From assembly GCA_023249225.1 (NCBI GenBank), contig JAHFDA010000007.1, positions 1,169 to 65,168 of the forward strand: a stretch of DNA of 64,000 nucleotides, in the 5' to 3' direction. This document shows positions 9,205 through 19,161 of this stretch, one piece after another. Numbering within the stretch: position 1 is the first letter of the stretch; every line of letters begins with the position of its first letter. The translations under genes were made by a program, and so were the position numbers. The DNA is from a bacterium. GTDB lineage: Bacteria > Margulisbacteria > Marinamargulisbacteria > JAHFDA01. The notes below the pieces were generated by a model that was not told where the DNA came from, ran no database searches, and was given only the letters and a program-made list of their open reading frames with translations.

Positions 9205-10575
9205 TTAACCTTGGGTGCCAAGAGGCTCCGGCAAATTTACGGGGTCTTCTTTAAGCAGGGTTTCGATGTCCCAAAAACTTTCTACCTTGTCTGTCCGTGG
9301 TTTTAGTCCGTCCAGCCAACCTTTCTTAAGCAGCGTCCGAAACAGGTCAGCAGCAAAGGCCGGGGCTCCGGTGGCGCCGGGGGAGTTGTAGTTAACAATG
9401 TGCAGGCTGCGTCGGCCCCAATACTCCTGCGCTTCAGAGACAAAATGCCCCGATTCATCCACCAGCGAAGCGCGGATGCCCGAAAGCCCGCGGTAAGTCA
9501 GATGTCCACCGCGCAGTTCGGGGATAAATTGGCGCATACGTTTAGCCAGGTGACTTTTTAAGATTGCACCGCGCCATTCCGATACAGCCAACGACAGAAA
9601 GGTCGAATTTTTAAGCAATTTCCATTTATTTTCAGTGGGGGGTGTTTGCATAAAATGCTTCCAGTCCCACAGGTTGACGCCATCGTAGCTGGTGGGGGTG
9701 GGTACCGGAATGGCAGTGGGACCAATCTCCACCAAGCCGCTGGCGGCGCGGCGCACCCAATGCGGATCCAAAAAAGGGAACTCCTTAAAGCGTGGCACCG
9801 AGTAAATGTTGGCGCCAAACCAGTCGCGGATACCAGCGTCGACTTCCCAGTAATCGCCGCGAAAGAACACGTTGCAGTGGTTTCGTCCCATCCCAAGTTG
9901 CTGTGCCAGGTTTAACGACCCCGCGCCAGAGCAGTTGATGACGATGCCAGCCTTGAGATCGGTTTGTGCTGTTTTACTGTGCAGAAAAACTTCTTGATCT
10001 CCTTCGCTGATGCCCGTAATGGGCATACGAAAAAGAAAATGGACGCCCTGGGCCATGGCCCGGTCACGCAATGACTGGGTCATGTTCTGAAAGTCCACTG
10101 AGGTGTCTGTGACTACAAACACGGCACCGGGCGCCTTGATATGCGGAAACTTCTGGGCCAGTTTTTCTGCGTCAAACAGGTCTACCTCATATTCCTTCAT
10201 TCCGTTTTTAAGCGACCAATCCTTATAGGTTGCCAGACTGGGTAACTGTGACTCATCGATGGCTACCTCTAAAGTGCCGCACGGCAACCAGGGCGTACCG
10301 GGAACCGTCTGGGCCAGTTTTTTCCACAGGTGGTAGGACTGTTCGGCGCAGCGGGCAAAGCGTGCCTTGGTTTCGGGATCCAGATAAAAGGGCCGGTGCA
10401 GCACCCCGGTGTTGCGTCGGCTGCTGTGCTGGGCTACGTCGGCCTCGGTCTCAAGCACCACAATCTGCCGATCCTGATATTTGAGCGAAAGCAGATAAGC
10501 CAGGGTAACGCCCAAAATACCCCCGCCAATAATCACCAGCGGGTAGTCACGCTGTGCGAGGCTGCGGTTGCGCAT
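9205..10575 (-). CDS. FAD-dependent oxidoreductase (L-2-hydroxyglutarate oxidase/dehydrogenase-like) with C-terminal extension
   Basis: N-terminal dinucleotide-binding motif VIIGGGILG and LhgO-like block HSSRRNTGVLH. Start placed at in-frame ATG 10575 (MRNRSLAQRDYPLVIIGGG...). Confidence 0.6.
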   Translation of the reverse strand: MRNRSLAQRDYPLVIIGGGILGVTLAYLLSLKYQDRQIVVLETEADVAQHSSRRNTGVLHRPFYLDPETKARFARCAEQSYHLWKKLAQTVPGTPWLPCGTLEVAIDESQLPSLATYKDWSLKNGMKEYEVDLFDAEKLAQKFPHIKAPGAVFVVTDTSVDFQNMTQSLRDRAMAQGVHFLFRMPITGISEGDQEVFLHSKTAQTDLKAGIVINCSGAGSLNLAQQLGMGRNHCNVFFRGDYWEVDAGIRDWFGANIYSVPRFKEFPFLDPHWVRRAASGLVEIGPTAIPVPTPTSYDGVNLWDWKHFMQTPPTENKWKLLKNSTFLSLAVSEWRGAILKSHLAKRMRQFIPELRGGHLTYRGLSGIRASLVDESGHFVSEAQEYWGRRSLHIVNYNSPGATGAPAFAADLFRTLLKKGWLDGLKPRTDKVESFWDIETLLKEDPVNLPEPLGTQG

Positions 10576-10621
10576 ATCGTTATTGTCACATTTCGAAGAT
10601 TTTTGGTAAAATTTTTGGCCT

Positions 10622-11917
10622 ATGGTCAAAATCATCAAGCAAGAAAAAAATGGCAATCTGATTACGGTCGAAGCCGAGGCCGAAGCAGATGCCGTGAACA
10701 AGGGCATTCAAAAAGCTTTTGTGGATTTATCTAAGAATGCGCGCATTCCCGGATTTCGCTCGGGCAAGGCACCGCGCAAAGTTTTTGAACAATTTTATGG
10801 TCGCGATTATTTATTTGATCGTGCTGCCAGTTATATCATCGACGCGGTTTATCCCGACATCATCAAGGGGGGTGACATTGATCCCATCGATCACCCGAAA
10901 AACATAGACATTAAACCCGTCGAAGAAGCCAAGCCCCTGTTGTTTTCGTTTTCGGTCGAAGTTAAACCCGAGGTCAAACTAGGCAAGTACAAAGGTGTCA
11001 AAGTCGACATTGTTAAACCCGTGGTGGGCGAGGCCCAGATTCAAGAACAAATTGACCGCATTGCCGATCAGCTTTCGGATTACAAGCCGGTCGAAGAAGT
11101 CCGTGGATTACAGAATGGCGATTTGGCAACCTATCATGTGCGGGCCTTGATTGAAGGTGAAACCTATCAGGCCTGGACCCGTGAACCCGGCGGGGGCCGC
11201 GTGGGCACACCCTGGATCGACCCGCAATTTGACGAAAAAATTCTGGGGATAAAAGTGAACGAAGAACGCAATTTTGTCATCCACTTTTCAAAAGATCATC
11301 CCCACGAAGCAGTGCAAGACAAGGATGTATCATTCTTTGTAAAGCTCGGGGCCATTCACCAGCAGATTCGTCCTGAAATCGATGATGAACTGGCCAAAAA
11401 AAACGGGCGTTTTCAGACTCTGGCAGAGCTTAAGGCCGATATTCAAAAACATTTGCAGATGCATACTGATCAGGATTTTGACCGTGACAAGCGCCAGAAA
11501 CTCTTTGACGCGGTGCTCGAACGCTGCGAGGTGATGCTTCCGGAAGTACTCGTCAAGCGCGAGCTTGAGCGTATCAAGCGCAATTTTGAGCAGGAGCTGG
11601 GCCGCCAAAAAATTGACCTGGCAGGTTATGCCCGGCTTATGAAAAAAACTGAAGATGATGTGGTGGCCGAAATGAAACCGGCAGCCGAGCAGCGCGTTAA
11701 GCTTGAACTGGTGCTTGAGGCGGTGGCCAAGGCCGAAAAAATTGAAGTAGGTGAGGCAGACTTTGATGCCGAAATTAAACGCCAGGCCGAAAACAGTCAA
11801 AAACCCGAGGATGCAATCCGCCGGGTCTTTACCGCCGAGTACAAACAGTTTTTACAGTCTTATTTGCTAGAAGAAAAGACCATCCAATGGTTGCTGGAGC
11901 AAGCGAAAATCGCGTAG
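10622..11917 (+). CDS. tig: trigger factor
   Basis: N-terminal ribosome-binding domain with the signature GFRSGKAP motif. Overall length and charged C-terminal domain fit trigger factor. Confidence 0.85.
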   Translation: MVKIIKQEKNGNLITVEAEAEADAVNKGIQKAFVDLSKNARIPGFRSGKAPRKVFEQFYGRDYLFDRAASYIIDAVYPDIIKGGDIDPIDHPKNIDIKPVEEAKPLLFSFSVEVKPEVKLGKYKGVKVDIVKPVVGEAQIQEQIDRIADQLSDYKPVEEVRGLQNGDLATYHVRALIEGETYQAWTREPGGGRVGTPWIDPQFDEKILGIKVNEERNFVIHFSKDHPHEAVQDKDVSFFVKLGAIHQQIRPEIDDELAKKNGRFQTLAELKADIQKHLQMHTDQDFDRDKRQKLFDAVLERCEVMLPEVLVKRELERIKRNFEQELGRQKIDLAGYARLMKKTEDDVVAEMKPAAEQRVKLELVLEAVAKAEKIEVGEADFDAEIKRQAENSQKPEDAIRRVFTAEYKQFLQSYLLEEKTIQWLLEQAKIA

Positions 11918-11919
11918 TC

Positions 11920-13068
11920 ATGGAGCTGAACCCCCAGCAATACAAGCGGTATGGTCGGCATCTGATTTTGCCCGATGTGGGTCTTGAAGGGCAAAAGAAG
12001 TTATTGCAGTCCAAAATACTGATCATTGGCACGGGGGGGCTGGGAGCGCCGCTGCAAATGTATCTGGCAGCGGCCGGTATCGGAACCCTGGGCATTGTTG
12101 ATTTTGATGTGGTTGATTATTCCAACCTGCAACGCCAGATCATTCATTTTACCGATGATGTGGGCAAGCCCAAGGTGCAGAGCGCGGCCGAAAAAATACG
12201 CCAGATCAACCCAGATTGCCAGGTGGTCATTCATGAAACGATGATCAACAGTCATAACGCGCTCGATATTATCCGTAGTTATGACTATGTGATCGACGGC
12301 ACAGACAACTTTCCCACGCGTTACTGTGTGAATGATGCCTGTGTGCTCCTCAAAAAACCCAACATTTATGGTTCTATCTTTCGTTTCGAGGGCCAGGCTA
12401 CGGTGTTTTATCCGGGCAAGGGCCCCTGCTATCGCTGTCTGTACCCCGATCCGCCACCGCCGGGTTTGGTTCCAAGCTGTGCCGAGGGAGGTGTGCTGGG
12501 TGTACTTCCGGGCATGATTGCCATGATTCAGGCCACCGAAGTGATTAAACTGATTCTTGGCAAGGGTGAGCCTCTGATCGGACGCCTGGTGCTTTACGAC
12601 GCCCTTAAGATGAAACTGCGCGAGGTCAAGCTGCGCCGCGACCCGCAGTGTCCGGTATGCGGTGACCATCCCACTGTGACGCAACTGATTGATTACCAGC
12701 AGTTTTGTGGTATTCCCGTGGGGCAGGAGGCAGCCGACAAGGAGATTCCCGAAATGACGCCCGTAGATCTTAAAGTCAAGCTGGATGCCCACGAAGATTT
12801 TTTACTGCTCGATGTGCGTGAACCGCATGAGTATGACATTGCGCGTATTCCTGGAAGCAAGCTGATTCCGCTCAACGCGGTGGGGCAGCGCATCAGCGAA
12901 ATTGAGCCTTATAAACACAAGGAGATTGTGGTGCACTGCAAATCAGGAGGGCGTAGTTTGCGGGCCAGCAAGCAGCTTAAGGCGGCGGGTTTTTCCAATG
13001 TCAAAAATCTGGCGGGCGGGATTGGGGCTTGGTCGGATCAGGTGGATTCGACGGTGCCAAAGTATTAA
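11920..13068 (+). CDS. moeB: MoeB/ThiF-family adenylyltransferase with C-terminal rhodanese domain (MoeZ/MOCS3-like)
   Basis: YKRYGRHLILPDVGLEGQKKL...IIGTGGLGAPLQMYLAAAGIGTLGIVDFDVVDYSNLQRQ plus CxxC pairs. C-terminal rhodanese-like module (...VHCKSGGRS...). Confidence 0.8.
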   Translation: MELNPQQYKRYGRHLILPDVGLEGQKKLLQSKILIIGTGGLGAPLQMYLAAAGIGTLGIVDFDVVDYSNLQRQIIHFTDDVGKPKVQSAAEKIRQINPDCQVVIHETMINSHNALDIIRSYDYVIDGTDNFPTRYCVNDACVLLKKPNIYGSIFRFEGQATVFYPGKGPCYRCLYPDPPPPGLVPSCAEGGVLGVLPGMIAMIQATEVIKLILGKGEPLIGRLVLYDALKMKLREVKLRRDPQCPVCGDHPTVTQLIDYQQFCGIPVGQEAADKEIPEMTPVDLKVKLDAHEDFLLLDVREPHEYDIARIPGSKLIPLNAVGQRISEIEPYKHKEIVVHCKSGGRSLRASKQLKAAGFSNVKNLAGGIGAWSDQVDSTVPKY

Positions 13069-13099
13069 TCCCATGGGCCCGCTGCCCCTGGACCCCGCC

Positions 13100-13126
13100 A
13101 AAAGAGGGGAGTCCTTCCCCTCTTTT
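13100..13126 (+). terminator. rho-independent terminator downstream of moeB
   Basis: Perfect hairpin AAAAGAGGGGA-GTCC-TTCCCCTCTTTT. Confidence 0.6.
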
Positions 13127-13208
13127 GAAATCACCCCTAAAGTGATTCGTTGACCAAAGTGTTCCCGTATAATGAGGTGACTTGAATCTTGTTACAAAGG
13201 GGTATGGG

Positions 13209-13715
13209 ATGGGGAAAAGAGTTGTGATTTTGGTGGAACGGGATTTCCAGGATATGGAAGTCATGTATCCCTTTTACCGCCTAAAGGAAGCTGGCCATGA
13301 GGTGGTAGTCGTTGGCAGTGGCAGCGCCAAAGAATACAAGGGTAAGTTTGGTTATCCTGTTGTGGCTGATAAAAATATGGATGAGGTGTCTGCCAAAGAT
13401 TTTGACGCCGTGGTGGTGCCCGGCGGCTGGGCGCCCGATTTTATGCGCCGTTATCCCAAGATGGTGCAGCTTGTGGCCGATATGGACAAGGCTAAAAAAC
13501 CGGTGGCGGCTATCTGCCATGCGGGCTGGATGCTGGTGTCGGCCAAAATTCTCAAGGGGCGTACAGTGACCTGTTTTTCGGCTATTCGCGACGATGTTGA
13601 AGCGGCGGGGGCTACCTGGGTGGACAAAGAAGTCTGCGTGGATGGCAACCTTATCACCTCCCGCAAGCCCGACGATCTGCCGGCATTTATGCGGGAGTTG
13701 TTAAAACAACTTTAA
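13209..13715 (+). CDS. DJ-1/PfpI family protein
   Basis: Block AAICHAGWMLVSAKILKGRTVTCF carries the nucleophile-elbow Cys. ATG 13209 is preceded by AAAGGGG. Confidence 0.75.
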   Translation: MGKRVVILVERDFQDMEVMYPFYRLKEAGHEVVVVGSGSAKEYKGKFGYPVVADKNMDEVSAKDFDAVVVPGGWAPDFMRRYPKMVQLVADMDKAKKPVAAICHAGWMLVSAKILKGRTVTCFSAIRDDVEAAGATWVDKEVCVDGNLITSRKPDDLPAFMRELLKQL

Positions 13716-15685
13716 CGGATTCGATAACGCCCAAGCACTTTCATTCCTTCAAGGGTTTCCGCATGCGTAGGATCAAGCTTTAAAGTTTTTTCCCAACTTT
13801 GCCGCGCTTCAAGGTATCGTCCACTTAATGCATAAGCCCGGCCAAGTTCATACCAGAGTTTGGCGTTGTCGGGAGAAATTTCGACGGCTTTACGAAAATT
13901 TTCAAGCGCCTGATCTAAATTTCCTTCGGAACCATTTTTGTAACCAAGATATACATATTGATCCACCACCATGGGGTAGGCTTTTTCAAGAAAGGGATGC
14001 CGAGGGTAAAGTGCTTTGGCCCGGTCGAGGGCGGCCATGGCCTGATCGGGCTGATGCAGCTTGATGTAGGCCAAGCCAAGGTTTAGGACGCTGGGCACAT
14101 AAGTGGGATGGATGCGGATGACCCGGTTTAGATGTTCAATGGCTTTTTGCAGCAAGGCTTCGCGCTGGGCGCTGTATTTTGGAAAGTCGGCCATCTCCAA
14201 AAGTTGTGCTCCAGCGTTATTGCTGGCAATCACGCTGCGGGGAGCGGTCTGCACGTCCTTTAAAAACAAGCTGCGGTCGTTTTTCCATTCGGCGTTACGC
14301 GGAATGACTTTATAGGCACTGACGGACGTCACCAGGATCAATAGGGCGGACAGCACTATTTTTTTTGTCTTTTGAGCAGCTTTCCAAGAGGTTATTCCCT
14401 GCACAATCACCCAGGCAGCCACCATTGCAAAGCCAAGCGATGAGTGAAAAATGAGGCGCTCGCCCAGGGTGCCGCCGATGTTAACAAACAAATTGCATAC
14501 CAGCGCCAGATTGGCCAGGTAAAACGAGATGGCAAAACCCAGCGGATGTTTTTTAAGGGTCAGCCCGATGGCAGAAACAAGCAGGGCCAGATGCACGCCT
14601 ATGGAAAGCCACACTTCGACATCAAAAAAGTCGCGGTAGGGGATATGGTTGTACGAATAATCCGCCAGCAAAGGGTGCGGAAAGACAAGTTGCTTAAGAT
14701 ACAGCAGTGGCGTAAACAGAATGGTGGCTTTTTTCTGCCAGACTGTGGCCAGCAAATAAGGATCGTTCATAATTTCGGTTTGGGGCAGGTTTGAACCAAG
14801 ACCTACGGCTTTAATGCGAAAGAAAATGTAAACCCCGGCCACCAGGGCATAGGGCAAGGTGCGTATGACCAGCGCTTGCCATTTCTTGTCGTAAAAAACA
14901 TAAAGCATCACAGGTAAAAGTAGCATCAATGTTATCGAGTATTCCTTGGAAAGCAGGGCCAGGGCATAGATAGGCAGGCTTAAGCCCAGGGTCCACCACG
15001 ACCCCTTTTCGGTGAAACGCACAAAGCCAAGCAGGGTCAGCATCATGAAAAAAAAAGACATCACTTCGTCGCGGCTTTTGATGTTGGCTACGGCTTCGGT
15101 GTGGATGGGATGCACTAAAAAAATAAGCGCGGTGATAAAGGCAATGTCGGGACGATCTTTTAGCACATATTTGTGCAGCATGTGAAACAAAATCAACACC
15201 GAAAACACATATAAAAATACATTCACTCCGTGTCTAAAAGCTGCCCCGCGCACATGGAAGTCGCGGTGGTTAAAGACACCATCTCTGTTTAAATCTTCTT
15301 CAGGATCTCCCTGGCCGTTTTTGTTGGTATCCCAGTCGGCCGGGCTTGGCTGGCCATTTTGAAAAGTGCCGATCCACTGCTGTTCAATGGCAAAGGTAAC
15401 GATCGAGAGCGGGCGGAAGCGGCCGCCGCTAAGCTGTTGGTTGGAATGCAGCATGTCATAGACCGGCTGATAGGCGTCGTGGGTCAGAATATCTTTGATG
15501 CCCGCCAGGCCCTTGAGCACATAGCTGTTGTTTTCGATCACCATGCCGTCATCAAGCGCCAGCTCGTTAGGGACTGCGTTTATGTAAAAGCCTGTGCCAA
15601 TGGCAAGCAGCAGAATCACTTTGAATGGATAAGATAAAAACGAAAGCAGACCAGATTTTTCTGTGTGTGGGGCGGGTGCTTTCAA
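13712..15685 (-). CDS. TMTC-like GT-C membrane glycosyltransferase with C-terminal TPR repeats
   Basis: 657 aa. The N-terminal ~450 aa are polytopic. A loop contains the Asp-rich EF-hand-like DTNKNGQGDPEEDLNRDGVFNHRD. The C-terminal ~200 aa hold TPR-like repeats (AYALSGRYLEARQSWEKTLKLDP...). Confidence 0.55.
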   Translation of the reverse strand: MKAPAPHTEKSGLLSFLSYPFKVILLLAIGTGFYINAVPNELALDDGMVIENNSYVLKGLAGIKDILTHDAYQPVYDMLHSNQQLSGGRFRPLSIVTFAIEQQWIGTFQNGQPSPADWDTNKNGQGDPEEDLNRDGVFNHRDFHVRGAAFRHGVNVFLYVFSVLILFHMLHKYVLKDRPDIAFITALIFLVHPIHTEAVANIKSRDEVMSFFFMMLTLLGFVRFTEKGSWWTLGLSLPIYALALLSKEYSITLMLLLPVMLYVFYDKKWQALVIRTLPYALVAGVYIFFRIKAVGLGSNLPQTEIMNDPYLLATVWQKKATILFTPLLYLKQLVFPHPLLADYSYNHIPYRDFFDVEVWLSIGVHLALLVSAIGLTLKKHPLGFAISFYLANLALVCNLFVNIGGTLGERLIFHSSLGFAMVAAWVIVQGITSWKAAQKTKKIVLSALLILVTSVSAYKVIPRNAEWKNDRSLFLKDVQTAPRSVIASNNAGAQLLEMADFPKYSAQREALLQKAIEHLNRVIRIHPTYVPSVLNLGLAYIKLHQPDQAMAALDRAKALYPRHPFLEKAYPMVVDQYVYLGYKNGSEGNLDQALENFRKAVEISPDNAKLWYELGRAYALSGRYLEARQSWEKTLKLDPTHAETLEGMKVLGRYRIR

Positions 15686-15701
15686 CGTTTTATTGTATCC
15701 T

Positions 15702-16547
15702 TTAAGAAAAAAATTTCAACGCTTTTTTAACGGATTCATCCTTGAGCCCCGTCCATCTTTTGAGGGTGGTGTAGGCTCTGATCAGCTGGGTGTCGCCCCA
15801 GATCAAAATTGTTTTTAAGCCATCAGCGGGGCGGGCGCGGTACTGGGTGCTCTGCACTTTGAGAGGTTTTTTTTCTTCGGTAAAGTAATACAGCGCGATC
15901 GATTTTCGGCTGATGTGCTCGGGGCAGGTCATGGGTTCCGGATGTCCGTGGTAAGACGTGGCATCGGTGGAAAAAACGACACAGCGGTTAAATAACGGAG
16001 CGATCTTTTTGATGCGGGCTTTCATGTCGCGCGACCATAGTTCCAGGTGTCCGCCGTAATCGTCTTTCCAGCCTTCGTTTAAGTAGATCAGCACGTTAAC
16101 CCTGCGGCGCCAGTGGGCTTGATACGGGTGGGAGCCAAAGTCGGCGTGGATATTTAAAAAGCCACCGCGAAAAGACTCGTGCATGCCCCCGCCTTCGAGC
16201 AGGGGGTCCGACAAAAGGCCCTCTATGCTGGTCAACTGCGAAAGAAAACGGCAAAAGGCCTCGGAATTAAGCTCATGAACCAGTGCTTTGATCGTGGGTG
16301 GAAAATATTCCAGTTTTTTTAGCCCGCGCTTTTTTTCGTTAAAGTGGGCATAGTGGATCCAGGCATCGGACTGCTGGGATAAAAACTCCTGATGGGCTTT
16401 TTCCAGGGCTTCTTCCACGATAAACCGCTCAAGCACAATGTGCGGAAAGGGCTCGGCAGACTGGTAAGCCTGTGCCAGATCCTGAAGTTGAGATTCCCAA
16501 TGGGCGTGATTGAATGTTTTGAACGGGTTAAGCATGGTGGCATCCAC
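15702..16547 (-). CDS. 2OG-Fe(II) oxygenase family protein
   Basis: HxD...H facial-triad candidates (NIHADFGSH ... GGHLELW) in a P4H-like context. Confidence 0.5.
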   Translation of the reverse strand: MDATMLNPFKTFNHAHWESQLQDLAQAYQSAEPFPHIVLERFIVEEALEKAHQEFLSQQSDAWIHYAHFNEKKRGLKKLEYFPPTIKALVHELNSEAFCRFLSQLTSIEGLLSDPLLEGGGMHESFRGGFLNIHADFGSHPYQAHWRRRVNVLIYLNEGWKDDYGGHLELWSRDMKARIKKIAPLFNRCVVFSTDATSYHGHPEPMTCPEHISRKSIALYYFTEEKKPLKVQSTQYRARPADGLKTILIWGDTQLIRAYTTLKRWTGLKDESVKKALKFFS

Positions 16548-16619
16548 AGCTTGTTCTATGGTTATTATACTGGGGTGTTAAAATGACCACGATTTTATTT
16601 TTTTCGCAAGGAGTTTTCT

Positions 16620-17054
16620 ATGAGTTTGTACGACAAAATCAATAACGATATTAAAGAGGCCATGAAGCAAAAAGATGCAGTGCGCCTGGAGACTCTGCGC
16701 ATGATGAAGTCCAAGATCATGACGGTCGATGCCCGCGGAGCCCTGCCAGAGGCCGAACTCGAAAAAATCCTGCGCAGCTATAGTAAGTTGCTTAAAGAAG
16801 TCATCGAGGTGTCCGGTCAAAATCAAAAGCTGGCCGAGGCCGAGCAGGCCAAGAAAGAACTGGCCATTGTGGAATCTTATCTGCCGAAGCAACTCGACGA
16901 GGCTGGCATCAAGGCCCTGGTCGACGAGATCATTGCCCAGACGGGTGCCAAGACCAAGGCTGACATGGGCAAGATCATGAAGGCTGTCATGGCCACCGGC
17001 AAACCGGTGGATGGCAAGCTGGTCAATCAGTATGCGGCGTCAAAACTGGTTTAA
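16620..17054 (+). CDS. GatB/YqeY domain protein
   Basis: MSLYDKINNDIKEAMKQKDAVRLETLRMMKSKI is the canonical YqeY N-terminus. Confidence 0.8.
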   Translation: MSLYDKINNDIKEAMKQKDAVRLETLRMMKSKIMTVDARGALPEAELEKILRSYSKLLKEVIEVSGQNQKLAEAEQAKKELAIVESYLPKQLDEAGIKALVDEIIAQTGAKTKADMGKIMKAVMATGKPVDGKLVNQYAASKLV

Positions 17055-17069
17055 ACCCTGGGACGGTCG

Positions 17070-17738
17070 TTGAAAAATCTATACGAGAAGATTATCCAAA
17101 GCCTGCGCCGCAAGGTGGTAAACGAATTCCACCGCATTTATTATTATTCCAACGTGTGGGATCGCACTTACTTTTTGGGCAAGCGTATCCTGAAATGCCC
17201 ACTTGACCTGTGGACCTACCAGGAAATATTTTTTGAACTTAAACCCGATGTGGTGGTGGAATGTGGCACACGTTTTGGCGGCTCGGCGTATTACATGGCG
17301 CGCCTTTTTGACTGGATCGGCCAGGGTCGGGTGATTACCATCGATATCGAAAGCCATGAACAAGTAGAAGAAAAACGGCCGCTTCATGAACGCATCACCT
17401 ACCTGATTGGCTCCTCCACAGACCGAGCCATTGTTGAGCAAGTACGGGCGCTTATTCAGCCACACGAAAAAGTTCTGGTGATTTTAGATTCAGACCACAG
17501 CGCTCGCCATGTGTTAGAGGAACTGCGCCTTTATCATCTGCTGGTCAGCACCGGGAGCTACCTGATCGTCGAAGACACCAACATCAACGGCCATCCGGTG
17601 TTACCTCGGTGGGGCGCTGGACCCATGGAAGCCTTAGACACATTTTTAACGGAGAACCAGCAATTTGTGGTCGACTCGAAGCGCGAAAAGTTTATGATGA
17701 CCCAAAATCCACGCGGGTATCTATTGAAAGTTAAATAA
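17070..17738 (+). CDS. CmcI/cephalosporin-hydroxylase-family class I SAM-dependent O-methyltransferase
   Basis: HRIYYYSNVWDRTYFLGKRILKCPLDLWTYQEIFFELKPDVVVECGTRFGGSAYY is the conserved CmcI-family core. TTG start per the ORF track. Confidence 0.65.
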   Translation: MKNLYEKIIQSLRRKVVNEFHRIYYYSNVWDRTYFLGKRILKCPLDLWTYQEIFFELKPDVVVECGTRFGGSAYYMARLFDWIGQGRVITIDIESHEQVEEKRPLHERITYLIGSSTDRAIVEQVRALIQPHEKVLVILDSDHSARHVLEELRLYHLLVSTGSYLIVEDTNINGHPVLPRWGAGPMEALDTFLTENQQFVVDSKREKFMMTQNPRGYLLKVK

Positions 17739-19161
17739 AGGTTAACTCCTGAAACCGTTGCCAGTAAGTTTCACCCAACGAGGCCGGAGACACAGTGGCA
17801 TCCATCTTAAAATCAACATACAGCGGCGGTATGGGCAGGCGGAGCGCCGATACATAGCTGGCCAGGATCCAAAACCAGCCCCCAGATTCACAGAGATTAT
17901 GAATGATATTGATATCGTCGCGCACCAGTATTTCAATGACCGCCTTGAGCGTCCGGGGCTGGCTTGCGAGGTTGAAAATTGAGTATGGAAACTGCTCGTG
18001 ACGCAGCTTTAGCAATAAGGGCTGCACATATTTGGCTGTTGCATCGTCAGGCACCACAAACAGAACCCGCGACGAGCGTGCCAGCAAATAAAAATCGAAG
18101 CCGGGCTGGCGCAGCTGTCCCCCAGCCGCCAACAAGGTCTCGATGGCCTGCACGACCGAATCCGGAGACTGGTCTTTTAAACAGGTATCCAGGGGACAAT
18201 GGCGCGGCACACAAGCAAGCGGGCATGAAGTCTGATCCCGCACCAACAAGTATTTGGTAAACCAGGGGCCCCAGTGTAAAGGCTTAACGTTTTTAGTGGG
18301 GAATATCGCTGCAATCGAAATGCCCAGAGCGCTGGCCAAATGAAAAGGCCCGGTATCCACACCCACGTAGCAATCGTACAGCGAGATCAACGCAATCAGT
18401 TCTGGCAGCGAGGTTTGACTGACCAGACTGCTCACCGAACTTCCGAACTGTGCAAGCAAAGATTGTTCGGCCTCACGATCCTGGTCTTGCCCAGTGAGCA
18501 CGACTTTGTGGTGGGCAGCGAGCAATTGCGTAATGACCTGCGCATAACCTGCGGTATGCCAGGCCTTATTGCCGCCGCCGGAACTCAAGTGTATGCCCAC
18601 CAGTTTTTGACCAGGCTGCCAACCCAGTTGTCCTAACCGGGTGCGCATACGTTCGCGCAAGTCTGACTTGGCTTTGAGCACCATGGGGGCATAACCGTGT
18701 TGATAGCCCAGTGCCTTGAGTAAATCGAGATTATGTTCCACTTCGTGTTTGGTCAGATTACGCCAGGTCTGACGGGCGGGCACATTGTTCATCCACGCCA
18801 TAAATATTTTGGAACGGTCTCCGAGACGCAGCGGCACCCCTGCCAGCCAGGCAGCGGCAACATAGGGTAACTCCTGATAAAAATGGATGACAAGGTCATA
18901 ACGCCACGAACGCCATAACTGCACATATTGCCAGTACGCCCGCAGCCCTTTAACGCCACCGGTGTAATATGGATCGATGCGTACCTGACGAATGTCTGCA
19001 TTGCCGTCGAAGAGTTCACGCGTATACTCGCGCGCCAGCACGTCGATCTGCCAATCGGGATGCAGTTGCTTAAGCATACGAATGGCAGGCGTGATCAGCA
19101 TCACATCGCCGATGGCATCGGGACGCACGCATAAAACCGAACGTACGTGGCTAAGATGCAT
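17731..19161 (-). CDS. GT9 glycosyltransferase (heptosyltransferase-like) paralog 1 with Cys4 motif and C-terminal extension
   Basis: N-terminal VRPDAIGDVMLITPAIRMLKQ. GT9 motifs SSGGGNKAW and WGPW. Then CPLACVPRHCPLDTC and ~120 extra residues. Confidence 0.75.
   Translation of the reverse strand: MHLSHVRSVLCVRPDAIGDVMLITPAIRMLKQLHPDWQIDVLAREYTRELFDGNADIRQVRIDPYYTGGVKGLRAYWQYVQLWRSWRYDLVIHFYQELPYVAAAWLAGVPLRLGDRSKIFMAWMNNVPARQTWRNLTKHEVEHNLDLLKALGYQHGYAPMVLKAKSDLRERMRTRLGQLGWQPGQKLVGIHLSSGGGNKAWHTAGYAQVITQLLAAHHKVVLTGQDQDREAEQSLLAQFGSSVSSLVSQTSLPELIALISLYDCYVGVDTGPFHLASALGISIAAIFPTKNVKPLHWGPWFTKYLLVRDQTSCPLACVPRHCPLDTCLKDQSPDSVVQAIETLLAAGGQLRQPGFDFYLLARSSRVLFVVPDDATAKYVQPLLLKLRHEQFPYSIFNLASQPRTLKAVIEILVRDDINIIHNLCESGGWFWILASYVSALRLPIPPLYVDFKMDATVSPASLGETYWQRFQELTFI

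Noticed and set aside
11330-11800. 156-aa minus-strand ORF
   Set aside because: It is antisense inside tig.
12001-12792. 263-aa minus-strand ORF
   Set aside because: It lies entirely antisense within the well-supported moeB/moeZ gene. It has no motifs, and its high-GC antisense frames stay open by chance.
13150-13173. TTGACC ... TATAAT promoter upstream of the DJ-1/PfpI gene
   Set aside because: The spacer is only 12 nt, too short for a canonical sigma70 -35/-10 pair. The TATAAT alone may still be a -10 element, but this was not called as a feature.
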